A DNA stretch of 64,000 nt from Bacteroidota bacterium (GTDB lineage: Bacteria > Bacteroidota > Bacteroidia > NS11-12g > UBA955). Positions 1 through 7,842 of this stretch are shown piece by piece (the first letter of the stretch is position 1; every line of letters begins with the position of its first letter). The stretch lies in NCBI GenBank assembly GCA_013205405.1, contig JABMMZ010000065.1, forward strand, positions 3,252 to 67,251, given 5' to 3'. A program made the position numbers and the translations under genes. Under the pieces are notes generated by a model. The model saw only the letters and a program-made list of their open reading frames with translations, had not been told where the DNA came from and did not search any database.

Positions 1-1153
1 ATGCAATATCAACTAACAACAACATGCGATTATGTTTTTTAGCAATCTGTTTTACTAATTCTGTTTTACCGGTCCCTGAAACGCCATAAAACAATATGGA
101 TAAGGCCTCTTTCATTTTATGTGACTTAAAATTTTCTGCCATTTTTTTGTATTTCTCAGGCGAAAGCATATCTATTATTTTAGTAATGTCTTTTTGCTGC
201 TTATCATTAAAGTATAAATTTTTAAATTCAATATCATCTGGTTTAATCAGCTGGCAAAACTTGTGCCTAATTTTTTTATCTTCAACTTTTACACAGTGCT
301 TCGTAAGCAAATCAAACATTTTATCACCAAAAGTCATGCTACTAAAATCAGCCAATTCCGGATTTACAAAACTGAGATAATTACAGGTAAACAAATCACA
401 TTGGTCATTTTTAATGCGTTGTTTGATATTGTAAACCAAATTATTTTCAAAACATAAGGTTTCACATATCAAATCCAAATCAAATTCTTCTCTATCAAAA
501 ACATATTCACTGCTTAACCAAAACAAAACTATTTTTTCTTCAGACAGAAAATTATTCGATTCTATTATATCTTTAAAAAAAGAATTTTCGTTAAAATCAA
601 TTAAATAGTTTTGGATGCCCTCATACATATCTTCAATAAATAAATCACATTCAACTAAATGTTTGATGTAATTTCTTAATTTGATTAAGCCATCGGTAAA
701 ATCTAAAGGCTTTTCATTTTCTAAACTAGTTTTATCGCAACACATTACTGCATTAATAATTTGTTGAGAAACAATGTATTCTGTAGTTTTAATCTTTTTC
801 ACCCGCTCGTAAGGAAAGGTTTTGTGAGATTGCTTAAGCCAGGTCCGTTTTACTAAATCGTTTATTTGATTATTTAAACTAATTATTTCTAAAGAAGAAA
901 ATCCTATTGATTTTAAAACTTTATGAATGTATCTAACCTCACCGATTAATTGATCGCAAATAATAACTGATAATAATACCCCGGTTTGGGGTTCAACATC
1001 AAAAAAATCACATACAATATTTAACTCGTTTTTATAAGTTTTTACTTTACTTACTTCATTAAATATGTTAACGTGATTACTATGCAGTGTTGTAATGCTT
1101 TGTAATAACATATTGTTTGTTAGAGAATGTTTTTTTAAATTTATTTCTTTCAT
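1..1153 (-). CDS. AAA+ ATPase, N-terminal ~384 codons only; the 3' part lies beyond the window start. It is not in the supplied ORF track because no stop codon is in the window.
   Basis: Hand translation of the minus strand from ATG 1153-1151 is open down to position 2: MKEINLKKHSLTNN...EALSILFYGVSGTGKTELVKQIAKKHNRMLLLVDIA. Walker A GVSGTGKT is encoded at 62-85. It has the same layout as CDS 6135-7760: a helical N-region of about 330 aa, then the P-loop. Confidence 0.8.
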   Translation of the reverse strand, partial: MKEINLKKHSLTNNMLLQSITTLHSNHVNIFNEVSKVKTYKNELNIVCDFFDVEPQTGVLLSVIICDQLIGEVRYIHKVLKSIGFSSLEIISLNNQINDLVKRTWLKQSHKTFPYERVKKIKTTEYIVSQQIINAVMCCDKTSLENEKPLDFTDGLIKLRNYIKHLVECDLFIEDMYEGIQNYLIDFNENSFFKDIIESNNFLSEEKIVLFWLSSEYVFDREEFDLDLICETLCFENNLVYNIKQRIKNDQCDLFTCNYLSFVNPELADFSSMTFGDKMFDLLTKHCVKVEDKKIRHKFCQLIKPDDIEFKNLYFNDKQQKDITKIIDMLSPEKYKKMAENFKSHKMKEALSILFYGVSGTGKTELVKQIAKKHNRMLLLVDIA

Positions 1154-1425
1154 CTTTTGTTTTTTTTAATTTTTAGGCAAAGGCATACACTTACCATTTA
1201 TAGGTTAATTTTTTTACATTTTTAGATTATATTATTGCTAGAGTTAAAGCAAATAATATTTTATAGATTAAAAATCAAATCCGAATTTAAAAATGAAACA
1301 AACAATTATATAAGAAGCTGTGAATGTTAAAATAAAAAAATAGTGTTTTTGAAAATTGTCAAATGATATTTGATCTTCGATCGTTTCGTAATAATCATCA
1401 AATATATCTTCCCTATCACTCAGTG

Positions 1426-1755
1426 TTACATATAAGGGGTCGTTAGGAAAATTTGGGTTACACCCTTAGTTCGAAATTCCGTCTGATATACTTCCTCCAT
1501 TGCCAAACAGTCATCCAATAAAATGTTTCTTTGCGATGAAGTAATAAAAAACTCGAATGCGAAAGGGAAAAACACCATAAATATTAATATTGAATGAGAT
1601 GAATACACTCCAAAAAATGCAAACAGAATAGTATTCAATATTAAAATAATTAAAGGTGAGCCGGGAGGAAATGGAATCCAGTCAAACAGATACCCCGTCT
1701 TCTTTTCTGAGTTTATTCGATTTAAATAATAAATTTGTGCTTCTTCGTTTTCCAT
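1426..1755 (-). CDS. small membrane protein (two predicted TM helices), function unknown
   Basis: 109-aa ORF with two hydrophobic stretches (PLIILILNTILFAFFGVY and ILIFMVFFPFAFEFFI). It lies 79 nt downstream of the DUF2779-type gene on the same strand. Confidence 0.5.
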   Translation of the reverse strand: MENEEAQIYYLNRINSEKKTGYLFDWIPFPPGSPLIILILNTILFAFFGVYSSHSILIFMVFFPFAFEFFITSSQRNILLDDCLAMEEVYQTEFRTKGVTQIFLTTPYM

Positions 1756-1834
1756 TTTACTAAAGTATATTCAGATTACAGGTATAAAAAATAAAACTGA
1801 AAAATAGTTTGTATCCAACTGTTAATCAATCTAT

Positions 1835-3346
1835 TTAAATTACGTTACAAAGTACTTTCCAAATTTCAACCATGGCTAAAGTATCCAATTTGCAATACGC
1901 TAATAAGTCATTTCTTGTTTTATTTACATCCCCTTTAAATGAGCCGTCAATCATACTCAGGTATGTTTTGTTGGCTAAATCGCCATTATTTATTTCCAAT
2001 GTTTTATAAGATAAATTCGGAACCAATGCAGGTAACACATCTTTAATTGAGGCACTTTTTCCCATTTGCGGAACATAATACCAAGCATTTTTAAAAACAT
2101 CTAATAAATCAACCATGCGATTATTGAGATCCAATAGAAACAATCGATCTTCAGGAAAATCTTCAGCCAATCGTTCGATAACCCCTTTTTCAAAACTTGC
2201 GTAATATGAAACAATACTTCCTGTTGTTCCAAAATCAAGTTTCATTTGATTGATCATAGCTTGGCGTGGATTTATAGCTTGTGGGTTTGTGAAATCTTCT
2301 GCTTGTGCTAAAAATTCTTTATGCTGTGGTTCTTCTGTTATATTTGAAACAATGTGCAAGGAATATTGAAATCCAACTTGCTCAAATGGAGACGTACGAT
2401 CTAAAACTGGAACAGTTGAATTTACCGTTTCAAAATCGAAAAAATACAATGGATAAACAGCAGTATTTAAAAACTGATGTATACGGGGACTATCAATATG
2501 GGTGGCTCCTGTTCGCTGCCCGTTTACTTGACAACTTTGGCGATGTGATAATTCAAAATCAACGGGAATATCGGCTAAATTAAAAATGCCATCGTTATAC
2601 AAAGTCCAAATTCTATCTCTCCCGTTTGATAAATTAAACACCTTATTATTATCCAATAAATTACCCCAGCAATGTGTTTTAAAATCACAAACAAATGGAT
2701 TATTACAATGCCTTCCAATGGCTTGAATTGGCTCTTCTCCTATTCTTATCATGGATTTAAGCTCTTCAATGTGTTGGATAACCCAAACTTGTTTTTGAAT
2801 AACTAATGCTGTAATATCTGTGAGAGTAAAAAAATCATTCAAATTAATGGCACCATTTTTTTCATACAATTTATTTATGTGCAACAACGAAAATCGTTTG
2901 GGAGCATGCCCAGCATTTGCCATCACCCAATATTGTAAGGCTGCATCTGTAATATAATAATCTTCAATTTTGCTGCTGCTTTTTACTTCTATGGCATGAA
3001 TATCCCCATTAGCATCATGCTGTAATATATCTAAAACGGATAATACTTCATCGTAATAAAATGCAGGTTCGTATAAGGTACAAGTCCTGTTTTGCATTTC
3101 AACAATCGTATTATCGATGGCATCAGCATAATCGTAATGCGTTTGACTTGTTAAATCCAAGCCATTAGGATAACGCTCCTGTGCCATTTTGCCTATCGCA
3201 TGGCCTTGATCAAAAATAGCTTGCTGACTGGAAGTGATGGCTGGTTTTAAATCTTTACGGTTCAGGTCTAAAAATAATTTTTTAGAACATTGCACACCCG
3301 ATACAAAGCGCGACTTAGATAATAGATGTGGATATTTTAATGGCAT
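1835..3346 (-). CDS. DUF2779-type dual nuclease: N-terminal Cas4/RecB-like PD-(D/E)XK domain plus C-terminal DnaQ-like 3'-5' exonuclease domain
   Basis: 503 aa. The N-half has D106 and E120-V-K122 (DIHAIEVKSSSK), plus Cys20 and C214-x5-C220-x5-C226, reminiscent of a Cas4/AddB Fe-S cluster. The C-half has FFDFET (D304, E306) and YCKLD near the C-terminus (DEDDy-like). The N-terminus MPLKYPHLLSKSRFVSGVQC matches my memory of DUF2779 proteins. Confidence 0.75.
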   Translation of the reverse strand: MPLKYPHLLSKSRFVSGVQCSKKLFLDLNRKDLKPAITSSQQAIFDQGHAIGKMAQERYPNGLDLTSQTHYDYADAIDNTIVEMQNRTCTLYEPAFYYDEVLSVLDILQHDANGDIHAIEVKSSSKIEDYYITDAALQYWVMANAGHAPKRFSLLHINKLYEKNGAINLNDFFTLTDITALVIQKQVWVIQHIEELKSMIRIGEEPIQAIGRHCNNPFVCDFKTHCWGNLLDNNKVFNLSNGRDRIWTLYNDGIFNLADIPVDFELSHRQSCQVNGQRTGATHIDSPRIHQFLNTAVYPLYFFDFETVNSTVPVLDRTSPFEQVGFQYSLHIVSNITEEPQHKEFLAQAEDFTNPQAINPRQAMINQMKLDFGTTGSIVSYYASFEKGVIERLAEDFPEDRLFLLDLNNRMVDLLDVFKNAWYYVPQMGKSASIKDVLPALVPNLSYKTLEINNGDLANKTYLSMIDGSFKGDVNKTRNDLLAYCKLDTLAMVEIWKVLCNVI

Positions 3347-3361
3347 AATTTATATTTTTTA

Positions 3362-3369
3362 CAAAGATA
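3362..3369 (-). promoter_or_regulatory. -7 promoter element (TAnnTTTG) for the DUF2779-type gene
   Basis: The minus strand reads TATCTTTG, 15 nt upstream of ATG 3346. Confidence 0.5.
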
Positions 3370-3372
3370 CGT

Positions 3373-3397
3373 TATAGGTATGCATTTTTATTGCAGA
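3373..3397 (-). promoter_or_regulatory. candidate operator (copy 2), upstream of the DUF2779-type nuclease gene
   Basis: The minus strand reads tctgcaataaaaatgcataCctata, identical to copy 1 at 24 of 25 positions, with a 19-nt exact core at 3379-3397. It lies 3 nt upstream of the -7 box at 3362-3369, the same spacing as copy 1. Confidence 0.6.
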
Positions 3398-3434
3398 GTT
3401 TAATTATAGAATAAATAAATTAAAATTTATTATA

Positions 3435-4580
3435 TTACTCATCAATTTCATTATTACTATCAATTAAATCTGAATTAATTTTGTTTATTTCCTCTTTTCT
3501 TAAATTGTCATTCTTAGAATTAAAAAAAGAATTATTCATATTAACTGACCCACCCTCAACCATAAATATGGGGCATTTCATATTCAATCCAATAGTATTC
3601 AATTTATTTATAGTATTATAAATATCAGTATTTGTACTATTAAATTTTTTTCTAGTATAAAGTTCATATATGAACTTAAACAGTGGCTTGTATTTTATAG
3701 TCCCACCACTTTTCGTTTCAGATACTTTAATCATTTCATTTTTAGCGCCAAAATTCAATACGACAATATTATTATTTTCTATTGGGGAAGTAAGTATTTC
3801 GTTTCTAAATTTTTTAGCATTTTCATCAACAGAATCATCAAAAATAAACTGTAATGAAGTATAAGTCGTGGCAACAAACCCATGTAGAAAGTTAATTGGT
3901 TTTTCTTTCGAATTATTGATATAGCGAGTAATTTCATTATACTTATTAATAAAATAATTACTCAAAAGATATGAAAAACCACCGGTAATATTTTGCCTTA
4001 CTTTAGTATCTTGAATAATTGGAAAAGGCAAAAAATCTATTAAAACAATACCTTTAGAGGCTAAAAATTCTAATTTTTGTTGTTTGGTAATACCCATAGG
4101 AAAAATAAGATTTCCACCTTTCCAATTAAAAGGGGCATTCAACCAAGGACTTTTTTTTGTTTGCTTCGGGTTATAAAAATATGATTTTTCATTATTTTTA
4201 GCATTTCCTTTCCAATAAGGGGGGGCTTCGCCTATTAGAATTTCAACATCTGAGATAATTCCTTCCTTTTTGACATTTTCTTTTGGGAAAAGTTTAAGAT
4301 AAAAATCTTTTGCTTCAATTATAATTGGGTTTTGATTTTTCGCAGAAACAATAACAAAGTTGTGTTGAATTCTCTTGTACATTCTTTCAACTCGATTTAC
4401 TCCTTTAAGAACATCAAGATAGTCAACAAAGTATACCCAATTTACTAAATATTCATCATATAATTCTTGAAAAAATTTACCATATACCCAGCCGTATTCC
4501 CAAGCTTTGTTATATAAATCTTCAAATTCTTTTTTAGAAAGTGGGTATAATTCTGCTTTTACTTCTGCTGCTTTTTTCAT
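3435..4580 (-). CDS. hypothetical protein, 381 aa; possible UDG-superfamily-like motif (weak)
   Basis: Long ORF. I prefer ATG 4580 (MKKAAEVKAELYP...) because it starts 1 nt after the stop of CDS 4582-4935, whereas the 4634 start would overlap that gene by 53 nt. No family recognised. The motif VEILIGEAPPYW (4218-4232) resembles the GEAPG-type motif 1 of family 4/5 uracil-DNA glycosylases. Confidence 0.6.
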   Translation of the reverse strand: MKKAAEVKAELYPLSKKEFEDLYNKAWEYGWVYGKFFQELYDEYLVNWVYFVDYLDVLKGVNRVERMYKRIQHNFVIVSAKNQNPIIIEAKDFYLKLFPKENVKKEGIISDVEILIGEAPPYWKGNAKNNEKSYFYNPKQTKKSPWLNAPFNWKGGNLIFPMGITKQQKLEFLASKGIVLIDFLPFPIIQDTKVRQNITGGFSYLLSNYFINKYNEITRYINNSKEKPINFLHGFVATTYTSLQFIFDDSVDENAKKFRNEILTSPIENNNIVVLNFGAKNEMIKVSETKSGGTIKYKPLFKFIYELYTRKKFNSTNTDIYNTINKLNTIGLNMKCPIFMVEGGSVNMNNSFFNSKNDNLRKEEINKINSDLIDSNNEIDE

Positions 4581-4581
4581 T

Positions 4582-4935
4582 TTATTTATTTTTAATAGTG
4601 ATTGAAATAGTATTATTTGTTTTATCCCATCCAATGCGAAGCTTTACGCTAGGGGTATTTAATTGGAGGTAATAGTTTTTACGCACATCCTTAATGGCTT
4701 GCTTGTATACTTCGTAGTTATTTTGTGTTGGTCTAAAATTCTGTTTAATTAATGCAATGCATTCGGTTATACTGAGTGCTTCATTTAATTTATAATGTTC
4801 AAAAAACGCTTTTTTAAAATTGATGGATCTAAATAAAACATAAATACCATTTTTATTTTTTTTGTGAACTAACAAATCACTTTTAAAAAAATTGATGTCC
4901 TTACCTCTTAACTCTTTTTCCATTTTATCTAACAT
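4582..4935 (-). CDS. hypothetical protein, 117 aa
   Basis: ORF packed tightly between the WYL gene (28-nt gap) and the 381-aa gene (1-nt gap). No family recognised. Confidence 0.55.
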   Translation of the reverse strand: MLDKMEKELRGKDINFFKSDLLVHKKNKNGIYVLFRSINFKKAFFEHYKLNEALSITECIALIKQNFRPTQNNYEVYKQAIKDVRKNYYLQLNTPSVKLRIGWDKTNNTISITIKNK

Positions 4936-4963
4936 TATATCCTATTTTAAAAAAAAGTTTCAC

Positions 4964-6040
4964 TTAATTTAAAACTTCATAAAATTCTCTAAATCGTCCT
5001 AATAAAAAAGCCAATTCAATGGATCGTTCGTTCGCCTTTTGCTCTTTGTTTAGTTTTTTCGATAATTTAATTTTTAGGCTCAGTACTAAAGAATTTTCTT
5101 TTAAATTTATTGATTTTTCTTGAATTTTCTGAGTAGGATGTAGGGGTAAACTTTTTACATAGGAAGCCGCCCAATCTCTAAATTTAATTTTCACCTCAGT
5201 TACGGTGTCTTCTTTAGAGTGGTTCCAAACACCAAGCACATTGTCAAAATGTGTTTTTAATTCAGTTTCTTTTTCTAACTTTTTATAATTAAACGTCACA
5301 CATTCCTCTTGCTCATCTAATAATTCATCAACACGCAAATTCCTAATTTGATCTATTCTAAAATTGATAATCGATTGATTATTACTATTTATAGCTGTTA
5401 AATAATAAATCCCATTATACAATCGTATTTGCATGGGCGCCACTTTTTGTTCTGAGGCCTTTTGTATGCTTGTATCTAATTTATTCACAGCGATGTAATG
5501 AAAATGGATGTATTGTCCCCGCTGAATATGCCCTAAAATTTTAATCGCTAATTTCACCACCTTATCTTCTTGCGCTAATTTTGGTTGCGAACTAATTACA
5601 ACAGAAGCACATTTGCTCTCTGTATTATCTAACTCAAATTGCACTACTAAACCTTCCATTATTTTTTTTACAGCTGGTAAGGATTCATATTGTTTTAAAA
5701 TTCCCATTAAAAATGGAACAGTTAATCGTTCATCTTCTTCTAAATCTCCAAAAACTGGCTGAGGACTATCGGCAGCATATTGATAAATTCCATAGCTATA
5801 TTCAATAGTAAAAACTTCCTTTTGTTTAGGGTCTATTTTATCAGATAGACTGTGAATAAAATTACCACTGCGTAAATCTTCTAGGGCATAATTAATCATT
5901 CTTTCTTTTATTGGATTGTAACCTGCTTCATCCAATTTGTCGTTAACAAAGTTTTTCATTTCTTCCAAACTTCCTCCGCCCTTTTTTAAAAATTGATCGA
6001 TAAAACGGATTCGTAATAATTTCTTTGAATTGTTATCCAT
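4964..6040 (-). CDS. WYL-domain transcriptional regulator (wHTH - WYL - WCX architecture, BrxR/CapW-like)
   Basis: 358 aa. N-terminal HTH-like segment: KKLLRIRFIDQFLKKGGGSLEEMKNF...INYALEDLRSG. WYL core at about aa 160-238: QYIHFHYIAV...VAPMQIRLYNGIYYLTAINSNNQSIINFRIDQIRNLRV. The C-terminal domain carries the PLHPTQK motif typical of WYL-protein C-terminal extensions. Confidence 0.75.
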   Translation of the reverse strand: MDNNSKKLLRIRFIDQFLKKGGGSLEEMKNFVNDKLDEAGYNPIKERMINYALEDLRSGNFIHSLSDKIDPKQKEVFTIEYSYGIYQYAADSPQPVFGDLEEDERLTVPFLMGILKQYESLPAVKKIMEGLVVQFELDNTESKCASVVISSQPKLAQEDKVVKLAIKILGHIQRGQYIHFHYIAVNKLDTSIQKASEQKVAPMQIRLYNGIYYLTAINSNNQSIINFRIDQIRNLRVDELLDEQEECVTFNYKKLEKETELKTHFDNVLGVWNHSKEDTVTEVKIKFRDWAASYVKSLPLHPTQKIQEKSINLKENSLVLSLKIKLSKKLNKEQKANERSIELAFLLGRFREFYEVLN

Positions 6041-6071
6041 ACTTTATTTATTCTTATAATTTTTTCAATTA

Positions 6072-6079
6072 CAAATGTA
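6072..6079 (-). promoter_or_regulatory. -7 promoter element (TAnnTTTG) for the WYL regulator operon
   Basis: The minus strand reads TACATTTG, 31 nt upstream of ATG 6040. Confidence 0.5.
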
Positions 6080-6088
6080 AACAATAAG

Positions 6089-6113
6089 TCTGCAATAAAA
6101 ATGCATAGCTATA
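6089..6113 (+). promoter_or_regulatory. candidate operator (copy 1), between the divergent WYL-regulator and AAA+ ATPase promoters
   Basis: tctgcaataaaaatgcataGctata. It contains two TGCA(A/T)(T/A) half-sites 11 bp apart. It lies 3 nt upstream of the ATPase -7-like box and 9 nt from the regulator -7 box on the other strand. Confidence 0.6.
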
Positions 6114-6116
6114 TTA

Positions 6117-6124
6117 TAATTTTA
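6117..6124 (+). promoter_or_regulatory. -7-like promoter element (7/8 match to TAnnTTTG) for the AAA+ ATPase gene
   Basis: TAATTTTA, 10 nt upstream of ATG 6135. Confidence 0.4.
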
Positions 6125-6134
6125 CAGAAAAAAT

Positions 6135-7760
6135 ATGAGAAATTGGTTTAAAGAATTATCAGTTGAAAAAACTGATCGAGTTGAAAAAAAAACAAACTGT
6201 CCAACATTAGAAAGCGAAGTATTTATAGAATTTGCAGCTTTTTTAGGCTTATCCGTTGAATTATCTTTTGTAATGTGTTGTTATTGCCATTTAAGTTCAA
6301 AACACAAAATTGTGAGTAGTTCAGAACTAATAAATTTGGCTAGCAAACAGCTTATATCAAAAGATGTAGAATTGGCCTATGAAGATTTATTATGTATGGG
6401 ATGGCTTATTAATAAATATGATAGAGGAAATAGTTTGGACGAACAAATTGTATTAAATAAAACCCTTGAGTTGGCCATTAAAAAATCAAATGCTGATTTA
6501 CTTCCGCGTTTGATTGAAAATTATAAATACAAAGGCCTGAAACAATTAATTATTAAGGCCTGTTTTTTAAGAACTAATGAAATAAGTAAACAAGAGTGGT
6601 TAGATTATACCACTAAAATCATGCTTAAACCAAGAACAACTTATCTAATCTATTTAAAATCTAAGCGATTATCCAAATTAGATAATGCGATGGTGCTTTT
6701 TGCAACATCCATATATATTCACGAAAGAATCAATAATTGTAGTTCCACCATACTAAGCACGTTTAGTGTTGATAGCATATCTCGTTTTAAACTGCATGCT
6801 GAATTGCAATCCAATCAACATAAAATTATTACCCAAAAATTATTTTTTAACGAAGAGCGGCAGTTTGGTGAAATAGCATTGTTGCCAACTAAAGAATGGT
6901 TAAAAGCAATTTTTCCAGAACTTAAAGTTGTTAATGCCATCGTTAATCACCCAGCTTTAACTCGAATCAATTATACATCAATTCATGAAAAACCATTATT
7001 ATTTAATTCGAATAAACTAAATGATATTTTATTGTTTGAAAAATTATTACAGCCAAAGCAATTTAAAAATTACCGTTTAAAGGCTTTAGAAATGAAAGAA
7101 ATGGGTGGCTTAACCTTTTTATTTTCTGGAGTGCCGGGAACTGGTAAAACTGAGCTTTGCAAACAGCTAGCGTTAAAAACGCATCGCGATGTACTTTTAT
7201 TTAATGTTTCTGAAACCAAAAATAAATTTTACGGTGAGACAGAAAAAAATGTTAAATCTATTTTTGATTATTATAGAACTCTAAGCCATGATCCTGATAA
7301 TTGTCCGATAATTGTATTTAACGAAGCGGATAGTCTTTTTTCTAAAAGAAGTGAAGGAGATAATTATAGTTCGCAAACAGAAAATACGATACAAACAATT
7401 TTATTAAATGAGCTAGAAAATTTTAATGGTATTTTAATTGCGACTACTAACCTACCCGATTCATTTGATGAAGCTTTTAAAAGGCGATTTCTATTTCAGT
7501 TCTCCTTTGATTTACCTGATTTAGAAACTCGAAAATTATTATTAACTACTTATTTTCCAGAAATACCATCTGAACAAAAATGTTTGCTTGCCGAAAAATA
7601 TATATTTTCTGCGGCTGAATTACAAAATTTTAGAAAGCATTTATTATTAAAAATTAGTTTGATTAACCCACAATGTAATACTGTTGTTGAATTTGAAACC
7701 TATTTTATGGGATTAACTAGTCCAAAAAGAAATGTAGTTAAGGGATTTAAAAACTATTAA
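6135..7760 (+). CDS. AAA+ ATPase (classical AAA clade) with a ~320-aa N-terminal domain of unknown function
   Basis: 541 aa. Walker A GVPGTGKT at 7128-7151. Walker B region IIVFNEAD at 7308-7328, with Asn396 (7320-7322) where the canonical Asp is expected. Sensor-1 ATTN, and Arg-finger region FKRRF. Confidence 0.85.
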   Translation: MRNWFKELSVEKTDRVEKKTNCPTLESEVFIEFAAFLGLSVELSFVMCCYCHLSSKHKIVSSSELINLASKQLISKDVELAYEDLLCMGWLINKYDRGNSLDEQIVLNKTLELAIKKSNADLLPRLIENYKYKGLKQLIIKACFLRTNEISKQEWLDYTTKIMLKPRTTYLIYLKSKRLSKLDNAMVLFATSIYIHERINNCSSTILSTFSVDSISRFKLHAELQSNQHKIITQKLFFNEERQFGEIALLPTKEWLKAIFPELKVVNAIVNHPALTRINYTSIHEKPLLFNSNKLNDILLFEKLLQPKQFKNYRLKALEMKEMGGLTFLFSGVPGTGKTELCKQLALKTHRDVLLFNVSETKNKFYGETEKNVKSIFDYYRTLSHDPDNCPIIVFNEADSLFSKRSEGDNYSSQTENTIQTILLNELENFNGILIATTNLPDSFDEAFKRRFLFQFSFDLPDLETRKLLLTTYFPEIPSEQKCLLAEKYIFSAAELQNFRKHLLLKISLINPQCNTVVEFETYFMGLTSPKRNVVKGFKNY

Positions 7761-7842
7761 ACCATTATCTAGTTATGATTTCAAAAACACAATCATAAAT
7801 GATTAAGTCCGATTTATAAATTGAAAAAAATAATTTAAGCAT

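Noticed and set aside
96-457. Plus-strand ORFs 96-380 and 263-457 from the supplied track
   Set aside because: They lie antisense to a much longer open minus-strand frame (1-1153) that encodes a clear AAA+ ATPase with a Walker A motif. Their peptides are low-complexity and Leu/Phe/Ser-rich, as expected from antisense reading of AT-rich coding DNA.
1154-1200. A possible third, degenerate copy of the island operator upstream of the truncated AAA+ gene (minus strand gtgtatgcctttgcctaaaaatt)
   Set aside because: Only the pentamer TATGC and a TGCC are shared. The spacing differs, and there is no exact TAnnTTTG box next to it. This is not distinguishable from chance.
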